Assembly (NCBI GenBank): GCA_022340645.1
Contig: JAJDNP010000153.1
Location: 6,422 to 70,421 of the forward strand
DNA from: Gammaproteobacteria bacterium
Lineage (GTDB): Bacteria > Pseudomonadota > Gammaproteobacteria > SZUA-229
Direction of reading: 5' to 3'
DNA: 64,000 nucleotides
The notes under the pieces were generated by a model. The model worked only from the letters and a program-made list of their open reading frames with translations, had not been told where the DNA came from and ran no database searches. The position numbers and the translations under genes were made by a program. Position 1 is the stretch's first letter. Each line of letters starts with the position of its first letter. Shown here one piece after another: positions 39,135 to 51,405 of the stretch.

Positions 39135-40634
39135 TCAGGTGGGCAGTGCCATGCCGGCGAGTTCGAGCAGTTGCTCACGATCCTTTTCGGCAAGTTTTCC
39201 CCCCGCCTGGATGCGCGCACAGGCCTCGCCGGCCTGCGACAGAACGATGTTGCGAATCGCCAGTTCAAAATGCGCTGCCTGTGTCAGCGGTATATCGTCA
39301 AACAAACCGGCCGTTACTGCCAGCAGTACTGCCACCTGTTCGCAGGCAGTCAGCGTTTCGGCTTCACTTTGTTTCAGAACCTCACGTACCCGTCGGCCGC
39401 GCTCAATGGCATGACGGGTGGCATCGTCCAGGCGGGTGCCAAATCGGGCAAAGGTTTCCAGCTCCTCGAACTGGGTGTAGCTGAGGCGCAAATCACCCGT
39501 TATGGCGCGAAACGCTGCGAGTTGTGCCTTGCCGCCGACGCGTGAGACGGATTTGCCGACATCGACCGCTGGCAAGTTGCCAAGCCGGAATAAATCAGGC
39601 GATAAATAGATCTGACCATCGGTGATGGAGACCAGGTTGGTCGGGATGTAAGCGGCGATATTTTGAGCCTCGGTTTCGATTATCGGCAGCGCAGTGAGCG
39701 AGCCGCCACCGCGCTTGCTATGCAGTTGGCTGGATCGCTCCAGTAGGCGCGAATGGATATAAAAGATATCGCCAGGAAATGCCTCACGACCCGGAGGCCG
39801 CCGCAATAACAGGGAAAGCTGTCGGTAGGCGTCAGCATGGCGGCTCAGGTCATCATAAATAATGAGCACATCCTGTCCCTGCTCCATAAAGTATTCCGCA
39901 ATGCTGGTGGCCGCATACGGCGTGATGTATTGCAGGCCTGGTGCGTCCTCAGCGCTGGCCACAACCATAATGGCGTGCGCCAGCGCGTTATGCGCACGCA
40001 GGGTAGAGAGCACACGCGCCACCGCGGAACTGCGCTGACCAATGGCGCAGTAAACACAGACCATGTCCTTGTCGCGCTGGTTGATCAAGGTGTTAATGGC
40101 GATTGCCGACTTGCCTGTTTGCCGGTCACCCAGGATCAGCTGGCGTTGTCCCCGGCCAATGGGAATGAGGGCATCGATGGCCTTGATCCCGCTTTCCAGG
40201 GGACGAACCACCGGCGCCCGGTCGAGGATCGCCGGGGCTTCGCGTTCAATCGGCCAGCGTGTTATGGCTTGCACTTCGCCCAGGTCATCAAGCGGTTGTC
40301 CCAGGCCGTTCACCACCCTGCCCAACAGACCGGGACCGACAGGCACATCGATGACCCTTGCGGTGCGTTTGACTTCCATGCCTACGCGCAGAGTTTCACT
40401 GTTACTGAGTAGAATCAGGCCCACCTCATCCGGATCAAGATTGAAGGCAATGGCATGGCTACCGTCAGCACACCGCACCAGTTCGTGTGCGAGCACACCC
40501 GGTAATCCGGAGGCCAGTGCAACGCCCTGTCCCACGCGGGTAATCGTTCCGGTTTCCACGATGTGTAAGGTGGGCGATTGGCTGAGCACCTGTTGTAGTG
40601 AGTTGACGGTGTCTTCGAGGGTTTCGATCAACAT
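39135..40634 (-). CDS. atpA: N-type ATPase alpha subunit
   Basis: 499 aa with P-loop GDRQTGKS and full F1-alpha similarity. Confidence 0.9.
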   Translation of the reverse strand: MLIETLEDTVNSLQQVLSQSPTLHIVETGTITRVGQGVALASGLPGVLAHELVRCADGSHAIAFNLDPDEVGLILLSNSETLRVGMEVKRTARVIDVPVGPGLLGRVVNGLGQPLDDLGEVQAITRWPIEREAPAILDRAPVVRPLESGIKAIDALIPIGRGQRQLILGDRQTGKSAIAINTLINQRDKDMVCVYCAIGQRSSAVARVLSTLRAHNALAHAIMVVASAEDAPGLQYITPYAATSIAEYFMEQGQDVLIIYDDLSRHADAYRQLSLLLRRPPGREAFPGDIFYIHSRLLERSSQLHSKRGGGSLTALPIIETEAQNIAAYIPTNLVSITDGQIYLSPDLFRLGNLPAVDVGKSVSRVGGKAQLAAFRAITGDLRLSYTQFEELETFARFGTRLDDATRHAIERGRRVREVLKQSEAETLTACEQVAVLLAVTAGLFDDIPLTQAAHFELAIRNIVLSQAGEACARIQAGGKLAEKDREQLLELAGMALPT

Positions 40635-40654
40635 GGTTGCGATAGTGTGTAAAT

Positions 40655-41419
40655 TTATTTACTGGACGTTGTTATAGCCAGCTGGCTAGAAAGCTGTTCA
40701 TCGATATGAGTGAGGTAACTTTCAATGTTCCATTCCAGCTTGAATCCCGGTCCTTTCAGGGTGATGCCGCAGAGCAACTCCGGCGCCTGTTCGAAATGTA
40801 CAGCCAGTGCAGCATCGATTTGTTCATGAATAATCGCCGTAATCTTTTCACGCATCGCAGCAGAGAGCGTAAACCGGCTTTCTACCATGAGTCCTTTATC
40901 CGTTGCAGTTTGCACCAGCTTCGCCTTGTCTTGTGCAGAGACCTCGGCCAGTTTACGGAGAAAAACGCTTAGCATCTGATTTTCCAGTTCACTATCCGCC
41001 AGCTGGCCAAGGGCCTGACGCGCCACCAGACAAACCTGTTCACCCACGATCTTGCGCGCCTGGTCAAGAAAAGCCTGTTGTTCGCGTTTCACTTCTTCAT
41101 GCCAGCGGCTGCGAATGGTGGCGATCTCGCTGCGCAACTCATCCATGAGTTGTGAGCGCTGTGCTTCAGCTTCACGTTTCGCCTGTTCGATAAGCTGATT
41201 ACGCTGCTGTTCGAAGGTGTGGGTTTTTTCGCGGTATTCGTCGCTTTGTTGCCGGGCAAGGGCCGATTGCTGTGCTGCCTCTTCCAGGCGCAGGGCGACG
41301 CGTTCCTCGCGGCGATTCATGGCGGCGATAATGGGCCGGTAGAGGAACCGTTTTAAGAGATATACCAGCACCAGAAAGTTGATGATCTGGGCAAAGGTCG
41401 TTATCCAGTCGACCTGCAT
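40655..41419 (-). CDS. atpF: N-type ATPase subunit b (extended, b/delta-like C-terminus; no separate delta gene)
   Basis: 254 aa: N-terminal TM helix then long charged coiled coil, C-terminal region delta/OSCP-like; absence of atpH in operon is diagnostic of N-ATPase (established knowledge). Confidence 0.8.
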   Translation of the reverse strand: MQVDWITTFAQIINFLVLVYLLKRFLYRPIIAAMNRREERVALRLEEAAQQSALARQQSDEYREKTHTFEQQRNQLIEQAKREAEAQRSQLMDELRSEIATIRSRWHEEVKREQQAFLDQARKIVGEQVCLVARQALGQLADSELENQMLSVFLRKLAEVSAQDKAKLVQTATDKGLMVESRFTLSAAMREKITAIIHEQIDAALAVHFEQAPELLCGITLKGPGFKLEWNIESYLTHIDEQLSSQLAITTSSK

Positions 41420-41421
41420 GG

Positions 41422-41700
41422 TCAGCCTCCGGTCTTACTCACGACATGATCCCAGAACGGGTTGGCGAAGATGAGAATCATGGTGACTACAAAACAGTAA
41501 ATCGCGGTAGATTCGACCATGGCGAGGCCAACGAACAGTGTACGTGTGATGGTGTCCGCTTCATCAGGCTGCTGGGCAATGGCACTGAGCGCCTGCGCCA
41601 GGGCACGCGCTTCACCAAATGCCGGCCCGATGGAACCGATGGCGATGGTCAGGCCTGCCGTGATAATGGAAACCATACCTATCAAACTTATATCCTGCAT
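41422..41700 (-). CDS. atpE: N-type ATPase c subunit (rotor) with two-carboxylate ESTxxY ion-binding signature
   Basis: 92-aa hairpin; helix-2 motif MVESTAIY (Glu, Ser, Thr, Tyr at positions equivalent to E65/S66/T67/Y70 of Na+-binding c rings) and Glu (AFGEAR) at the helix-1 position equivalent to Q32. Confidence 0.85.
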   Translation of the reverse strand: MQDISLIGMVSIITAGLTIAIGSIGPAFGEARALAQALSAIAQQPDEADTITRTLFVGLAMVESTAIYCFVVTMILIFANPFWDHVVSKTGG

Positions 41701-41702
41701 AA

Positions 41703-42434
41703 CTATTGACCTCCTGCGGGAGCTGTACCGCCCGGTTCCGGACGATTTTGGGTTGATGTGTTATTTTTTTTGCGTGCTACCAGTGCTGAGGAAATGTAGA
41801 CCATCGCCAGTATGGCGAAGATATAAGCCTGAATCATTCCTGTTAGCAGGCCGAGTAACTGCAACACAATTGGAAACAAAAAGGGGGTAATACTGATGAG
41901 CACTGCCACCACCACGGTACCACTCATCATGTTGCCAAACAGACGCACAGCCAGGGCGATGGTGCGTGAGACTTCACCGATGATATTGAAGGGCAGCATG
42001 AACAGGCTGGGACGGGTATATTGCCTGAGATAATTTAACAGGCCCTGACGCTGGATACCATACAGCGGAACGGCCAGGAATACACAAATCGCCAGCGCGG
42101 CGGTAGTCGACAATGAGCCTGTCGGTGGTCGATAGCCGGGTATGATGGTCAGCAGATTGGCGAAGGCGATGAAGAGGAAAATGGTTCCGACAAAGGACAG
42201 ATATGGATCCGGGTCCTCCCGCCCGACATCCCGTATTTGATCACGGATAAGGCTCACCAACATTTCCATAAAGGTTTGCCAGCGGGAAGGGTGTACATCA
42301 TCAGACAGGCGGCGTGTTGCCAGCCAGGTGAGGCACAGGATTAAGGCCATGACCAGCCAGGTAAACACCAGCGTGGCATTAATTTTCAGCATCTCCCATT
42401 GCCAGATGATGACGTTATCCGGATTGAAGGTCAT
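41703..42434 (-). CDS. atpB: N-type ATPase a subunit
   Basis: 243 aa polytopic; conserved stator arginine context LAVRLFGNMMSG. Confidence 0.85.
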   Translation of the reverse strand: MTFNPDNVIIWQWEMLKINATLVFTWLVMALILCLTWLATRRLSDDVHPSRWQTFMEMLVSLIRDQIRDVGREDPDPYLSFVGTIFLFIAFANLLTIIPGYRPPTGSLSTTAALAICVFLAVPLYGIQRQGLLNYLRQYTRPSLFMLPFNIIGEVSRTIALAVRLFGNMMSGTVVVAVLISITPFLFPIVLQLLGLLTGMIQAYIFAILAMVYISSALVARKKNNTSTQNRPEPGGTAPAGGQ

Positions 42435-42745
42435 GGTACCTGTCCTGTATGTGCATTAGCATGACGGGAGCCGGGCTTGATGTGCTGTACAAGCAAGGCG
42501 CGGGAGACGAGCATACCTAGCAGGGCGATTAAAAGTTGTTGCCACGCATCGGCAAACAACAGGTACAGTACGAACACCACGGTGATCGTGCGTAGCAGCA
42601 GGCTGAGTCCAAACCAGGCAGCGGTGTAGCTGCGATGCGTCAGCCGGCGCAGGCTTAACCATAAAACGCCGTAGTAGAAGAACCCCAGGACCACGCCCAC
42701 AAGCGCCGGATAGACATACGTGAACAATACTTGCATCAAGGTCAT
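42431..42745 (-). CDS. atpR: N-ATPase-specific small membrane subunit AtpR
   Basis: 104 aa, 3 TM, 4-nt ATGA overlaps with both neighbours; position between atpQ and atpB as in described N-ATPase operons. Confidence 0.7.
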   Translation of the reverse strand: MTLMQVLFTYVYPALVGVVLGFFYYGVLWLSLRRLTHRSYTAAWFGLSLLLRTITVVFVLYLLFADAWQQLLIALLGMLVSRALLVQHIKPGSRHANAHTGQVP

Positions 42746-43103
42746 TATTTCTTTGTCTCGTCTATTATGCTCTCCGCGCGGAAGTCTGGCCGGGACTCAA
42801 ATTTGCGTTCCCGACTCACCCAGCGCCAGGCATTGATACAGCCCAGCAGGATGCCAACAAACAACAGGCTAAGTGTCCAGGAGATTCGCTCTGCTGGCCA
42901 ATGACGATCCAGCCATATCCCCAGTACGGCGCCCAGCACCGTTGGAATCGCTACCGACCAGCCAATCAGGCCGAACATACCAAAGCCAAACCAGACGGTA
43001 CGCTTTTTCTGTGCCGCGGCCCAGCGCCGGCGCGCGGCCTTTTTCTGCACCTGTTCCTCCAGTCCCCCTGGCGTGCCTTGAGGGGGATTAGATTTTCGCT
43101 CAA

Positions 43104-43107
<4 letters not shown>
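42745..43107 (-). CDS. atpQ: N-ATPase AtpQ (AtpZ/AtpI-like) membrane protein
   Basis: ORF-track start (43290) overlaps atpC; the internal ATG at 43105-43107 (MIERKSNPP...) forms an ATGA overlap with the atpC stop; two TM helices (FGFGMFGLIGWSVAIPTVLGAVLGIWL; LSLLFVGILLGCINAW). Confidence 0.7.
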
Positions 43108-44920
<1,813 letters not shown>

Positions 44921-45078
44921 CTACTATACAGTATCATAAGCCGGATATTAACCATCAAGGTTGCCGAAGCAACTGATGCAGAAACATGGCGCAGCAAGGA
45001 CTATCGGCTAAACAGTCCGCCAGGCTATGACAGTAATGTACATAACAGCATCACACACGAATAAGTTTTGAATAAAAC

Positions 45079-45498
45079 ATGAACCAATCCGTGACAGCAA
45101 CAAATTACTGGAGTGCGCAGCTCGATGAATTATTTTTGACCTCGGGCGGCAGTTGCGATGGACTGGCGACAGTGACTGCAACAGGGCACTTACTGCGACA
45201 TGGACGCAATACCCTGCTTGCAGATGATCGGCGAAGCAAAGCCTTGCGCCTGTTCATGGATCGATTTCGTAGTTTGCCGGTATTAATTCTGGTCATCGCT
45301 CTCATCCTGCGCGCCTGGCTGGATGCCCTGATCGTACCGGCTGTTGTATTCATCACCGCGGTGCTCAGTTTTATTCAGGCATTTCACGCCATCCACGCGG
45401 CAGCAATGTTACGCCAACAGGTTTCGGCCAAAGCCACGGTGCCGGGCGGCGGCCACAACCTGTTAATCCCGTACAAATATCATATGCCCGCGATGTAA
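45079..45498 (+). pseudogene. Remnant of a P-type cation-transporting ATPase (N-terminal Cation_ATPase_N + TM1-TM2 only, 139 codons)
   Basis: Product LTSGGSCDGLATVTATGHLLRHGRNTLLADDRRSKALRLFMDRFRSLPVLILVIALILRAWLD...AVLSFIQAFHAIHAAAMLRQQVSAKATV matches the first ~130 residues of P2/P3-type ATPases, then terminates; no actuator, phosphorylation (DKTGT) or nucleotide domains follow (trkH starts 38 nt later). Confidence 0.55.
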
Positions 45499-45535
45499 AA
45501 TAGTAATTACTAAACCCATAGGTGTATATCCAGCG

Positions 45536-47008
45536 ATGCACGAAGAAACCATCAATGTCCTGATGTATGCAGTTCGACCACGAGTCGTATTAAAATACTG
45601 TGGCCAGCTGTCCCTGATGCTGGCGCTTTTAACACTGGCGCCGCTATTATTTTCCCTGGCTGAGACAGACTGGCAACTGGTCACCTGTTACACAATCATA
45701 TGCAGCGGTTTGCTTCTCATTGGTGGTCTGCTGGCGCGCTTACCGGCACCGGTGCGCATCCAGAGCAATGAGGCGCTGACGGTGACAGCGATCATGTTCC
45801 TGTTGGCGCCCTTGCTCATGTCATGGCCGCTGATGATTGCGGATGTAGCGTACATCGATGCCCTGTTCGAGGCGATCTCCGGTATTACCACGACCGGTCT
45901 TTCGACATTAGGGAGCATTGCAGGCCGGGCAGATACATTATTGTTTGCCCGTGCCTGGCTGCAGTGGTATGGCGGCCTGGGAATCGTTGTCCTGTCGGTA
46001 GCGATCCTCATGGGCCATCAGGCCGCTGCGCGCCGACTGACGGACCCGATAGAAAGCGGCGATATGTTAGTCATGACAGCACGCACGCATGCCCAACGAA
46101 CGTTATTTATATATATACTTTTGACCCTGGTCGGGATGACACTGGTGTGGCCACTTAGTGGCAATGGCTTCACCGCGCTGCTGCATGTCCTGTCGGCGGT
46201 ATCTACCGGAGGTTTTTCCAATAACGATGCCAGCCTCGCGGGACTGGGGTCGCGTCCTGTGGCAATGGCATTGATGCTGATATCATTTCTGGGGGCGGTC
46301 TCGCTACCACTGTACTGGCGAGTGGCGCATGCCGGGTGGCGAGGAGGCTTGCATGCCTTGTTCACGGATGTCGAGCTGCGTGCACTATTCCTGGCCTGCC
46401 TGCTGGTCGGAGCGATCTTGAGCGGGTTGAACTGGCTCAATGGTACAACTGCGCCGTGGTACCATGGGTTCATGTTAGGCATTTCGGCACAGACCACGAC
46501 AGGTTTTGCTACACAAGCGGTAGCCAGTGCGGACCCTGCCTCAAAACTGGTAATGATCATTTCCATGTTAATAGGCGGTAGTGTCGGTTCATCGGCAGGG
46601 GGCATAAAGTTATTGCGCCTGCTCATTTTTTTCAGACTCCTGCAATTAATCTTGCATCGAACAGGCTTAACGCCCCATGCCGTTTTTGTAGCAAAACTGG
46701 CGGGGCATCGGCTTGAAAATGATGATATCATCAGGGCGCTGCAACTCATCCTGCTGTTTATTATTATTATGCTGTTGTCCTGGTTACCCTTTTTGGTCAT
46801 GGGTTATGAACCCCTGAGCGCCCTGTTTGAAGTAGTCTCCGCCTGTGGCACAGTGGGGCTGAGCAGCGGTATCGCACGCCCGGAACTTGAACCTGTGCTC
46901 AAAGCCGTGCTGTGTTTTGACATGCTGGCGGGGCGTCTGGAAATTATTGCCTTGCTGGTAGTGCTGTATCCACGTAACTGGTTTGGCCGGAGGGAGGAAA
47001 TAAAATGA
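45536..47008 (+). CDS. TrkH/KtrB-family K+ transporter membrane subunit
   Basis: 490 aa polytopic protein with repeated selectivity-filter-like glycine motifs (SGITTTGLST, STGGFSN, TTTGFAT, GTVGLSSG). Confidence 0.85.
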   Translation: MHEETINVLMYAVRPRVVLKYCGQLSLMLALLTLAPLLFSLAETDWQLVTCYTIICSGLLLIGGLLARLPAPVRIQSNEALTVTAIMFLLAPLLMSWPLMIADVAYIDALFEAISGITTTGLSTLGSIAGRADTLLFARAWLQWYGGLGIVVLSVAILMGHQAAARRLTDPIESGDMLVMTARTHAQRTLFIYILLTLVGMTLVWPLSGNGFTALLHVLSAVSTGGFSNNDASLAGLGSRPVAMALMLISFLGAVSLPLYWRVAHAGWRGGLHALFTDVELRALFLACLLVGAILSGLNWLNGTTAPWYHGFMLGISAQTTTGFATQAVASADPASKLVMIISMLIGGSVGSSAGGIKLLRLLIFFRLLQLILHRTGLTPHAVFVAKLAGHRLENDDIIRALQLILLFIIIMLLSWLPFLVMGYEPLSALFEVVSACGTVGLSSGIARPELEPVLKAVLCFDMLAGRLEIIALLVVLYPRNWFGRREEIK

Positions 47009-47673
47009 GGACAGTTTTTATCGGCGCTGGCCCTGTCACCACGATGACAGCCCAGCAATTGCTCGCTAATGATTATGAGGTCGTCATTATCGAGAAGGAC
47101 AAGGCGCTCATCGACGAACTGAGTGCAGATCTTGGCGCCGGCTTCATTCATGGTGACGGCAGCAAGCCGGCAATCCTGCGTGAGGCAGACCCGGCGGCGA
47201 CAGATTTTCTGTTCTCGCTTACCGGCAATGACCAGAATAACATCCTCGCCAGCCTGGTGGGCCGCTCACTGGGGTTTAAACGTGTCGTCACGCGGATTGA
47301 AGACCCCGCCTATGAACACATCTGTATTGAACTGGGGCTGGAAGATATCATTATCCCGGACTATACCATCGCCCGTTACCTGGCGGACATGTGTGCGGGG
47401 CAGAACCCATTACAATTGTCAGCGGTCATTAAAGGCAAAGCGCGTGTTTTCTCCTTTGTCGCACGCGAACAGGACGAGGGAACAGTAAAAGACCTGAAGC
47501 TGCCTGATGACTGCCGGGTTATGTTTTTGTACCGCAACGACAATTTCATTTTTGCTGATGAGGATACATCACTGTTGAAAAATGATGAAGTCGTTATTAT
47601 TTCTCGTCTCAAAGCCTTGCCGGAGCTGGAGGCGCGCTGGAACCTCAAAGGTAAAGGAAATCAGCAGGCATGA
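47005..47673 (+). CDS. TrkA/KtrA-family K+ uptake regulatory subunit (RCK N + C domains)
   Basis: 222 aa; Rossmann GxGxxG (VFIGAGPVTTMTAQQL) and TrkA-C; ATGA start/stop overlap with trkH-like gene. Confidence 0.85.
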   Translation: MRTVFIGAGPVTTMTAQQLLANDYEVVIIEKDKALIDELSADLGAGFIHGDGSKPAILREADPAATDFLFSLTGNDQNNILASLVGRSLGFKRVVTRIEDPAYEHICIELGLEDIIIPDYTIARYLADMCAGQNPLQLSAVIKGKARVFSFVAREQDEGTVKDLKLPDDCRVMFLYRNDNFIFADEDTSLLKNDEVVIISRLKALPELEARWNLKGKGNQQA

Positions 47674-48051
47674 CTGCACAGTTTTTTCGGCAAAAGGGAA
47701 GTTTCTCATGCTCGCCTGTCCAGGCTATGTAAAGATATTTACCGGTCTTATCGCCATTGTTTAATCCTCTCGCTGAGATTTTTCCAAAAACTGTATAGAG
47801 ATGCCCGGTACATAGTGTGTTTTGCTAATATACTAATATTTATTAATGGAATCATAATGTTAAGTTATATTTTCAGCGTTCCAATGAAATATCCGGGCTA
47901 GAGTGCAAACGTATAATAAATATTGTCGTGAACGCTGTAGGGTTTAATCAACTGGCAATACTCTTTATTGGTGAATCAATACGAATTACTATCGAAGTTA
48001 CCGGGTCTGTCTCTACGCTTGCGAGCCTGGCATATCCAGGCAGGACGCCAT

Positions 48052-49353
48052 TCACATAACAGGCGTGTTTTCACTTTTTTCAAAACTTAGTGCCGGTTTG
48101 CGACGACACACAGGCTTGGTCAATAACAACTGTATCGTTCCGATAGAATGTTCCCTGAATCCGCCTTCGCAGTAACACAGGTAAAAATTCCACATGCGTA
48201 CAAACGTTTCTGGATATCCCAGCTTTTGTATGTTTTCAAGATTTTTAAAAAATCGTTGGCGCCATCTTGCCAGCGTGATGGCATAGTGTTGACCGATGTC
48301 TTCTAATTGATAGAAACGCATATCTGTGTGTTTTGCAACGCTCTCGGCAAGCACACTGACTGAAGGCAGGCTGCCGCCAGGGAAGATATATCGCTGGATG
48401 AAGTCGACCTCGTTTTTTGCAGCCTGGAAACGTTGATCAGCGATTGTTATTGACTGTAATAACATCATGCCATCCGGCTTCAATAATTTGCTGCAATGTT
48501 CGAAGTAAGTGCTGTAGTATTCGTGTCCAACGGCTTCAATCATCTCGATTGAAACCAGCTTGTCAAACTGCCCGCCAAGGTTGCGGTAATCTTCACACAG
48601 CAGGGTGACCCTGTCCTGCAGGCCGAGCTGATTTATTCTTTGTTTGGCATAGTTGTACTGTTGCTGTGAAATAGTAGTGGTTGTTACATGGCAGCCATAA
48701 TGCTTTGCCGCATAGATGGCGAAACCTCCCCAGCCAGTACCAATTTCAACAACATGATCGTTTTCATTGAGCTGTAATTTTTGACAGATCCTGTCCAGCT
48801 TGGCTATGCTGGCCTGTTCCATGGACATATCTTCACGTTCGAAGATACCGCTGGAATACATCATGGTTGGATCAAGAAATAGCTGGAACATCTCGTTACC
48901 AAGATCGTAATGCGCTTCTATGTTTTTTCTGCTTCCGGAAAGGGAGTTACGATGCAGCAAGTGAAAGACCTTGTGTAATGGCAGCATGAGTTTTCCGAAA
49001 CCGCCATCGATAGCATTGAGCACATGTTCGTTGTTGAGGATGATACGAACCAGGTCAGTCAGTTCATGACAGTCCCAGCTTCTCGCCATATAGGCTTCGC
49101 CGGAACCAACAGTGCCGCCGAAAACCACGTCACTATAAAAACCGGGATCATGCACAATAACCGTTGCCTGTAGCGGAAGGTCAGCGTTATCTTTACCAAA
49201 TGTGTACTCGTGATGACCTTCTTTGAGCGTGATTTTGCCATGGATGATTAGGCGGAACTTCATTAAAAATATCTTTTTAGCAATCTGATCTATCCAGCGA
49301 TAAGATGATTTTTGCCTGAATGGCCTGGTAAGGGCGATGGTGTTCGATTTCAT
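48052..49353 (-). CDS. cfa: Cyclopropane-fatty-acyl-phospholipid synthase family SAM-dependent methyltransferase
   Basis: Cfa hallmarks GEAYMARSWDC, SAM motif VVEIGTGWGGFAIYAA, C-terminal YCEGGF; start set at the ATG (49351-49353) forming an ATGA overlap with the DUF1365 gene stop. Confidence 0.85.
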   Translation of the reverse strand: MKSNTIALTRPFRQKSSYRWIDQIAKKIFLMKFRLIIHGKITLKEGHHEYTFGKDNADLPLQATVIVHDPGFYSDVVFGGTVGSGEAYMARSWDCHELTDLVRIILNNEHVLNAIDGGFGKLMLPLHKVFHLLHRNSLSGSRKNIEAHYDLGNEMFQLFLDPTMMYSSGIFEREDMSMEQASIAKLDRICQKLQLNENDHVVEIGTGWGGFAIYAAKHYGCHVTTTTISQQQYNYAKQRINQLGLQDRVTLLCEDYRNLGGQFDKLVSIEMIEAVGHEYYSTYFEHCSKLLKPDGMMLLQSITIADQRFQAAKNEVDFIQRYIFPGGSLPSVSVLAESVAKHTDMRFYQLEDIGQHYAITLARWRQRFFKNLENIQKLGYPETFVRMWNFYLCYCEGGFREHSIGTIQLLLTKPVCRRKPALSFEKSENTPVM

Positions 49354-50159
49354 GCTGATTTCACCGATTTCGGTGCCTCTTTTCCGGGGTGATTTACAAA
49401 TGGTATTTTTTTTATCCATAAAAGCAGCGCCTGGTAATATATAGCGGTGACCACTTTCAGGGTAACCATGGGGAACTGTATTAGCGTCAATGCCAGGTTT
49501 GCACCTGTTATCTCACGCTTTTCAAGTTTCAGTGTGGCATCAAACACTTTTTTATCCTGCTGGTAATTTTCCATGTGCACTGATAATGCATTGTTCGGTA
49601 CGGAGAATCGCCAGTCGTACTGCATGTCCATCGTCATGAATGGAGAGACATGAAAACGTTTGTTTTCAAAATAACGATGCAGCCTGGCATCAGGCGCACT
49701 ATTGCCAGTGTGATAATCGGCAGCCCGATTATTCCTGGAATCAAGTACGTAACAGTATTGCTCACCCCAGGGCGTGTTGTTAACTTCGGCTACGATGAAA
49801 TCAAGTTGCTTGCCCGCTTTGTCGTAGCAATAGTAAAAACTGACCGGGTTGAAACTGAAACCAAAATAACGCAGGTGTGTCAGTAAACGGATCGGTCCCT
49901 CTGGCCGCCGGCCGGTTTCAGCTTCGATATGATTCCGCACGCTGGTATCAAGCGGCAGAATTTTATCACCGAGATGGTCTCTGCGGCGGAACGAAGCAAT
50001 GTTTGTTTTCTCGATAGACCACAACCAGAAACGGTCAAACACCGATGGCAGTTCAGACAGGTCCAGGTACATCAGGAACAGTTTGTAACTGAAATGGTGT
50101 GGTCTCGGGGTAAAGCGGCGATGCCTAACTTGCCCAACGTAAAGACAGCTTTTCTTCAT
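49350..50159 (-). CDS. DUF1365 family protein (Cfa-associated)
   Basis: N-terminus MKKSCLYVGQVRHRRFTPRPHHFSYKLFLMYLDLSEL matches DUF1365 consensus; conserved position between FAD oxidoreductase and cfa. Confidence 0.7.
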   Translation of the reverse strand: MKKSCLYVGQVRHRRFTPRPHHFSYKLFLMYLDLSELPSVFDRFWLWSIEKTNIASFRRRDHLGDKILPLDTSVRNHIEAETGRRPEGPIRLLTHLRYFGFSFNPVSFYYCYDKAGKQLDFIVAEVNNTPWGEQYCYVLDSRNNRAADYHTGNSAPDARLHRYFENKRFHVSPFMTMDMQYDWRFSVPNNALSVHMENYQQDKKVFDATLKLEKREITGANLALTLIQFPMVTLKVVTAIYYQALLLWIKKIPFVNHPGKEAPKSVKSA

Positions 50160-51405
50160 TACTGATGTCCTGTTTAAAGTGTGACAAAGCATTCAGCGCA
50201 CTCACCACGCCATCTTCATGAAAACCATTGCGCCAGTAAGCGCCGCAGTAGTATGTTCTGCCGGTGCCGTTAATCAGCCTGTGGTTCTGCTGTGCGATGA
50301 TGCTCTCGGGGGTAAATACCGGGTGATGATATTCGATAGTCCTGATGATGTTCTGCTGTGCAATCTGGTCCGTGTAGTTCAGGGTCACGCAATAGGTCTT
50401 GTTTGATCGCAGGCCCTGCAGGATATTCATATTGTATGTCAGCGCTACATTGGCTCTTGGCTGTTGTGGTATATGGTAATTCCATGATGCCCAGGCTTTT
50501 TTCCTGATCGGCAGCAGTGATTCATCGGTATGCAGTACAGCTTCATTTTTCTGGTACTGAATGGCAGATAATGTTGCGCGCTCCAGGGCTGATGGCTGCT
50601 GCAGCATATTCAGCGCCTGGTCGCTGTGTGCAGCGATAAAGACATAATCAAATCTTTCGATATCATGGCTTCGAGTATGTACTTCTACATGGTCATCAAA
50701 GCGAACAATTTTATCTACCGTGCTACCAATGCGTATGCTGTCTTCAAAACCACTGATCAGTTTCTTCACATAAGTATGTGAGCCGCCCTTGATGACATAC
50801 CATTGCGGCCTGTCGTTAATACTCAGCAGGCCATGGTTTAAGAAGAACCTGAAGAAGAAGCTGGCGGGGAAGCTGAACATGTCCTGAGGCCTGGTCGACC
50901 AGATAGCAGCACCCATCGGTACGATGTATTTATTGATGAAGATGTCACTGTAGTTGCCGGCCTGCAGGAAATCACCAAGACTTAAATCGGTATTGTTAAC
51001 TTCGATGGAAGCAGACGCCTCACGGTTGAAGCGCAAGATGTCAGCAATCATCTGGTAGAAAGCGGGCTTTAATATATTGCTGCGCTGTGCAAACAGTGTG
51101 TTGAGATTGTTGCCGTTATATTCGAGAGCGGTTTGTTCACATTTGACACTGAAGCTCATCTCCGTTTTCTGGATATCAACATCAAGCTCGTTGAGCAGCC
51201 TCATGAAATTGGGATACGTCCTGTCGTTCAACACGATGAATCCGGTATCAATATTTAATTCTTTACCGGCATCAAAGATACTATGGGTATGCGTATGCCC
51301 GCCGACATGGGTGTTCTGTTCGAACAGGGTGATGTCGTGTTCTTTGTTGAGATGATAGGCGGTGACATTGCCGGCAATGCCGCTGCCAATGATTGCTATC
51401 TTCAT
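50125..51405 (-). CDS. NAD(P)/FAD-dependent oxidoreductase (amine-oxidase-like, COG2907 type)
   Basis: N-terminal dinucleotide-binding MKIAIIGSGIAGNVTAYHL...LFEQNTHVGGH; 426 aa. Confidence 0.8.
   Translation of the reverse strand: MKIAIIGSGIAGNVTAYHLNKEHDITLFEQNTHVGGHTHTHSIFDAGKELNIDTGFIVLNDRTYPNFMRLLNELDVDIQKTEMSFSVKCEQTALEYNGNNLNTLFAQRSNILKPAFYQMIADILRFNREASASIEVNNTDLSLGDFLQAGNYSDIFINKYIVPMGAAIWSTRPQDMFSFPASFFFRFFLNHGLLSINDRPQWYVIKGGSHTYVKKLISGFEDSIRIGSTVDKIVRFDDHVEVHTRSHDIERFDYVFIAAHSDQALNMLQQPSALERATLSAIQYQKNEAVLHTDESLLPIRKKAWASWNYHIPQQPRANVALTYNMNILQGLRSNKTYCVTLNYTDQIAQQNIIRTIEYHHPVFTPESIIAQQNHRLINGTGRTYYCGAYWRNGFHEDGVVSALNALSHFKQDISNEEKLSLRWAS

Noticed and set aside
38727-39545. 272-aa + strand ORF and neighbours (39028..39414, 39104..39484, 39837..40412, 40063..40677) across atpG/atpA
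   Set aside because: Antisense shadows of well-supported ATPase genes; Arg/Cys/Ala-rich nonsense composition.
45079-45498. Possibility that the 139-aa P-type ATPase N-terminal ORF is an intact small gene
   Set aside because: Domain content ends abruptly after TM2 at the beginning of the actuator domain, and the next gene starts 38 nt later; I know of no free-standing family of this form, so it is called a remnant with moderate confidence rather than a CDS.
46018-46800. 260-aa minus-strand ORF inside the trkH-like gene
   Set aside because: Antisense to a polytopic transporter gene with recognisable selectivity-filter repeats; Ser/Ala/Arg-rich composition.
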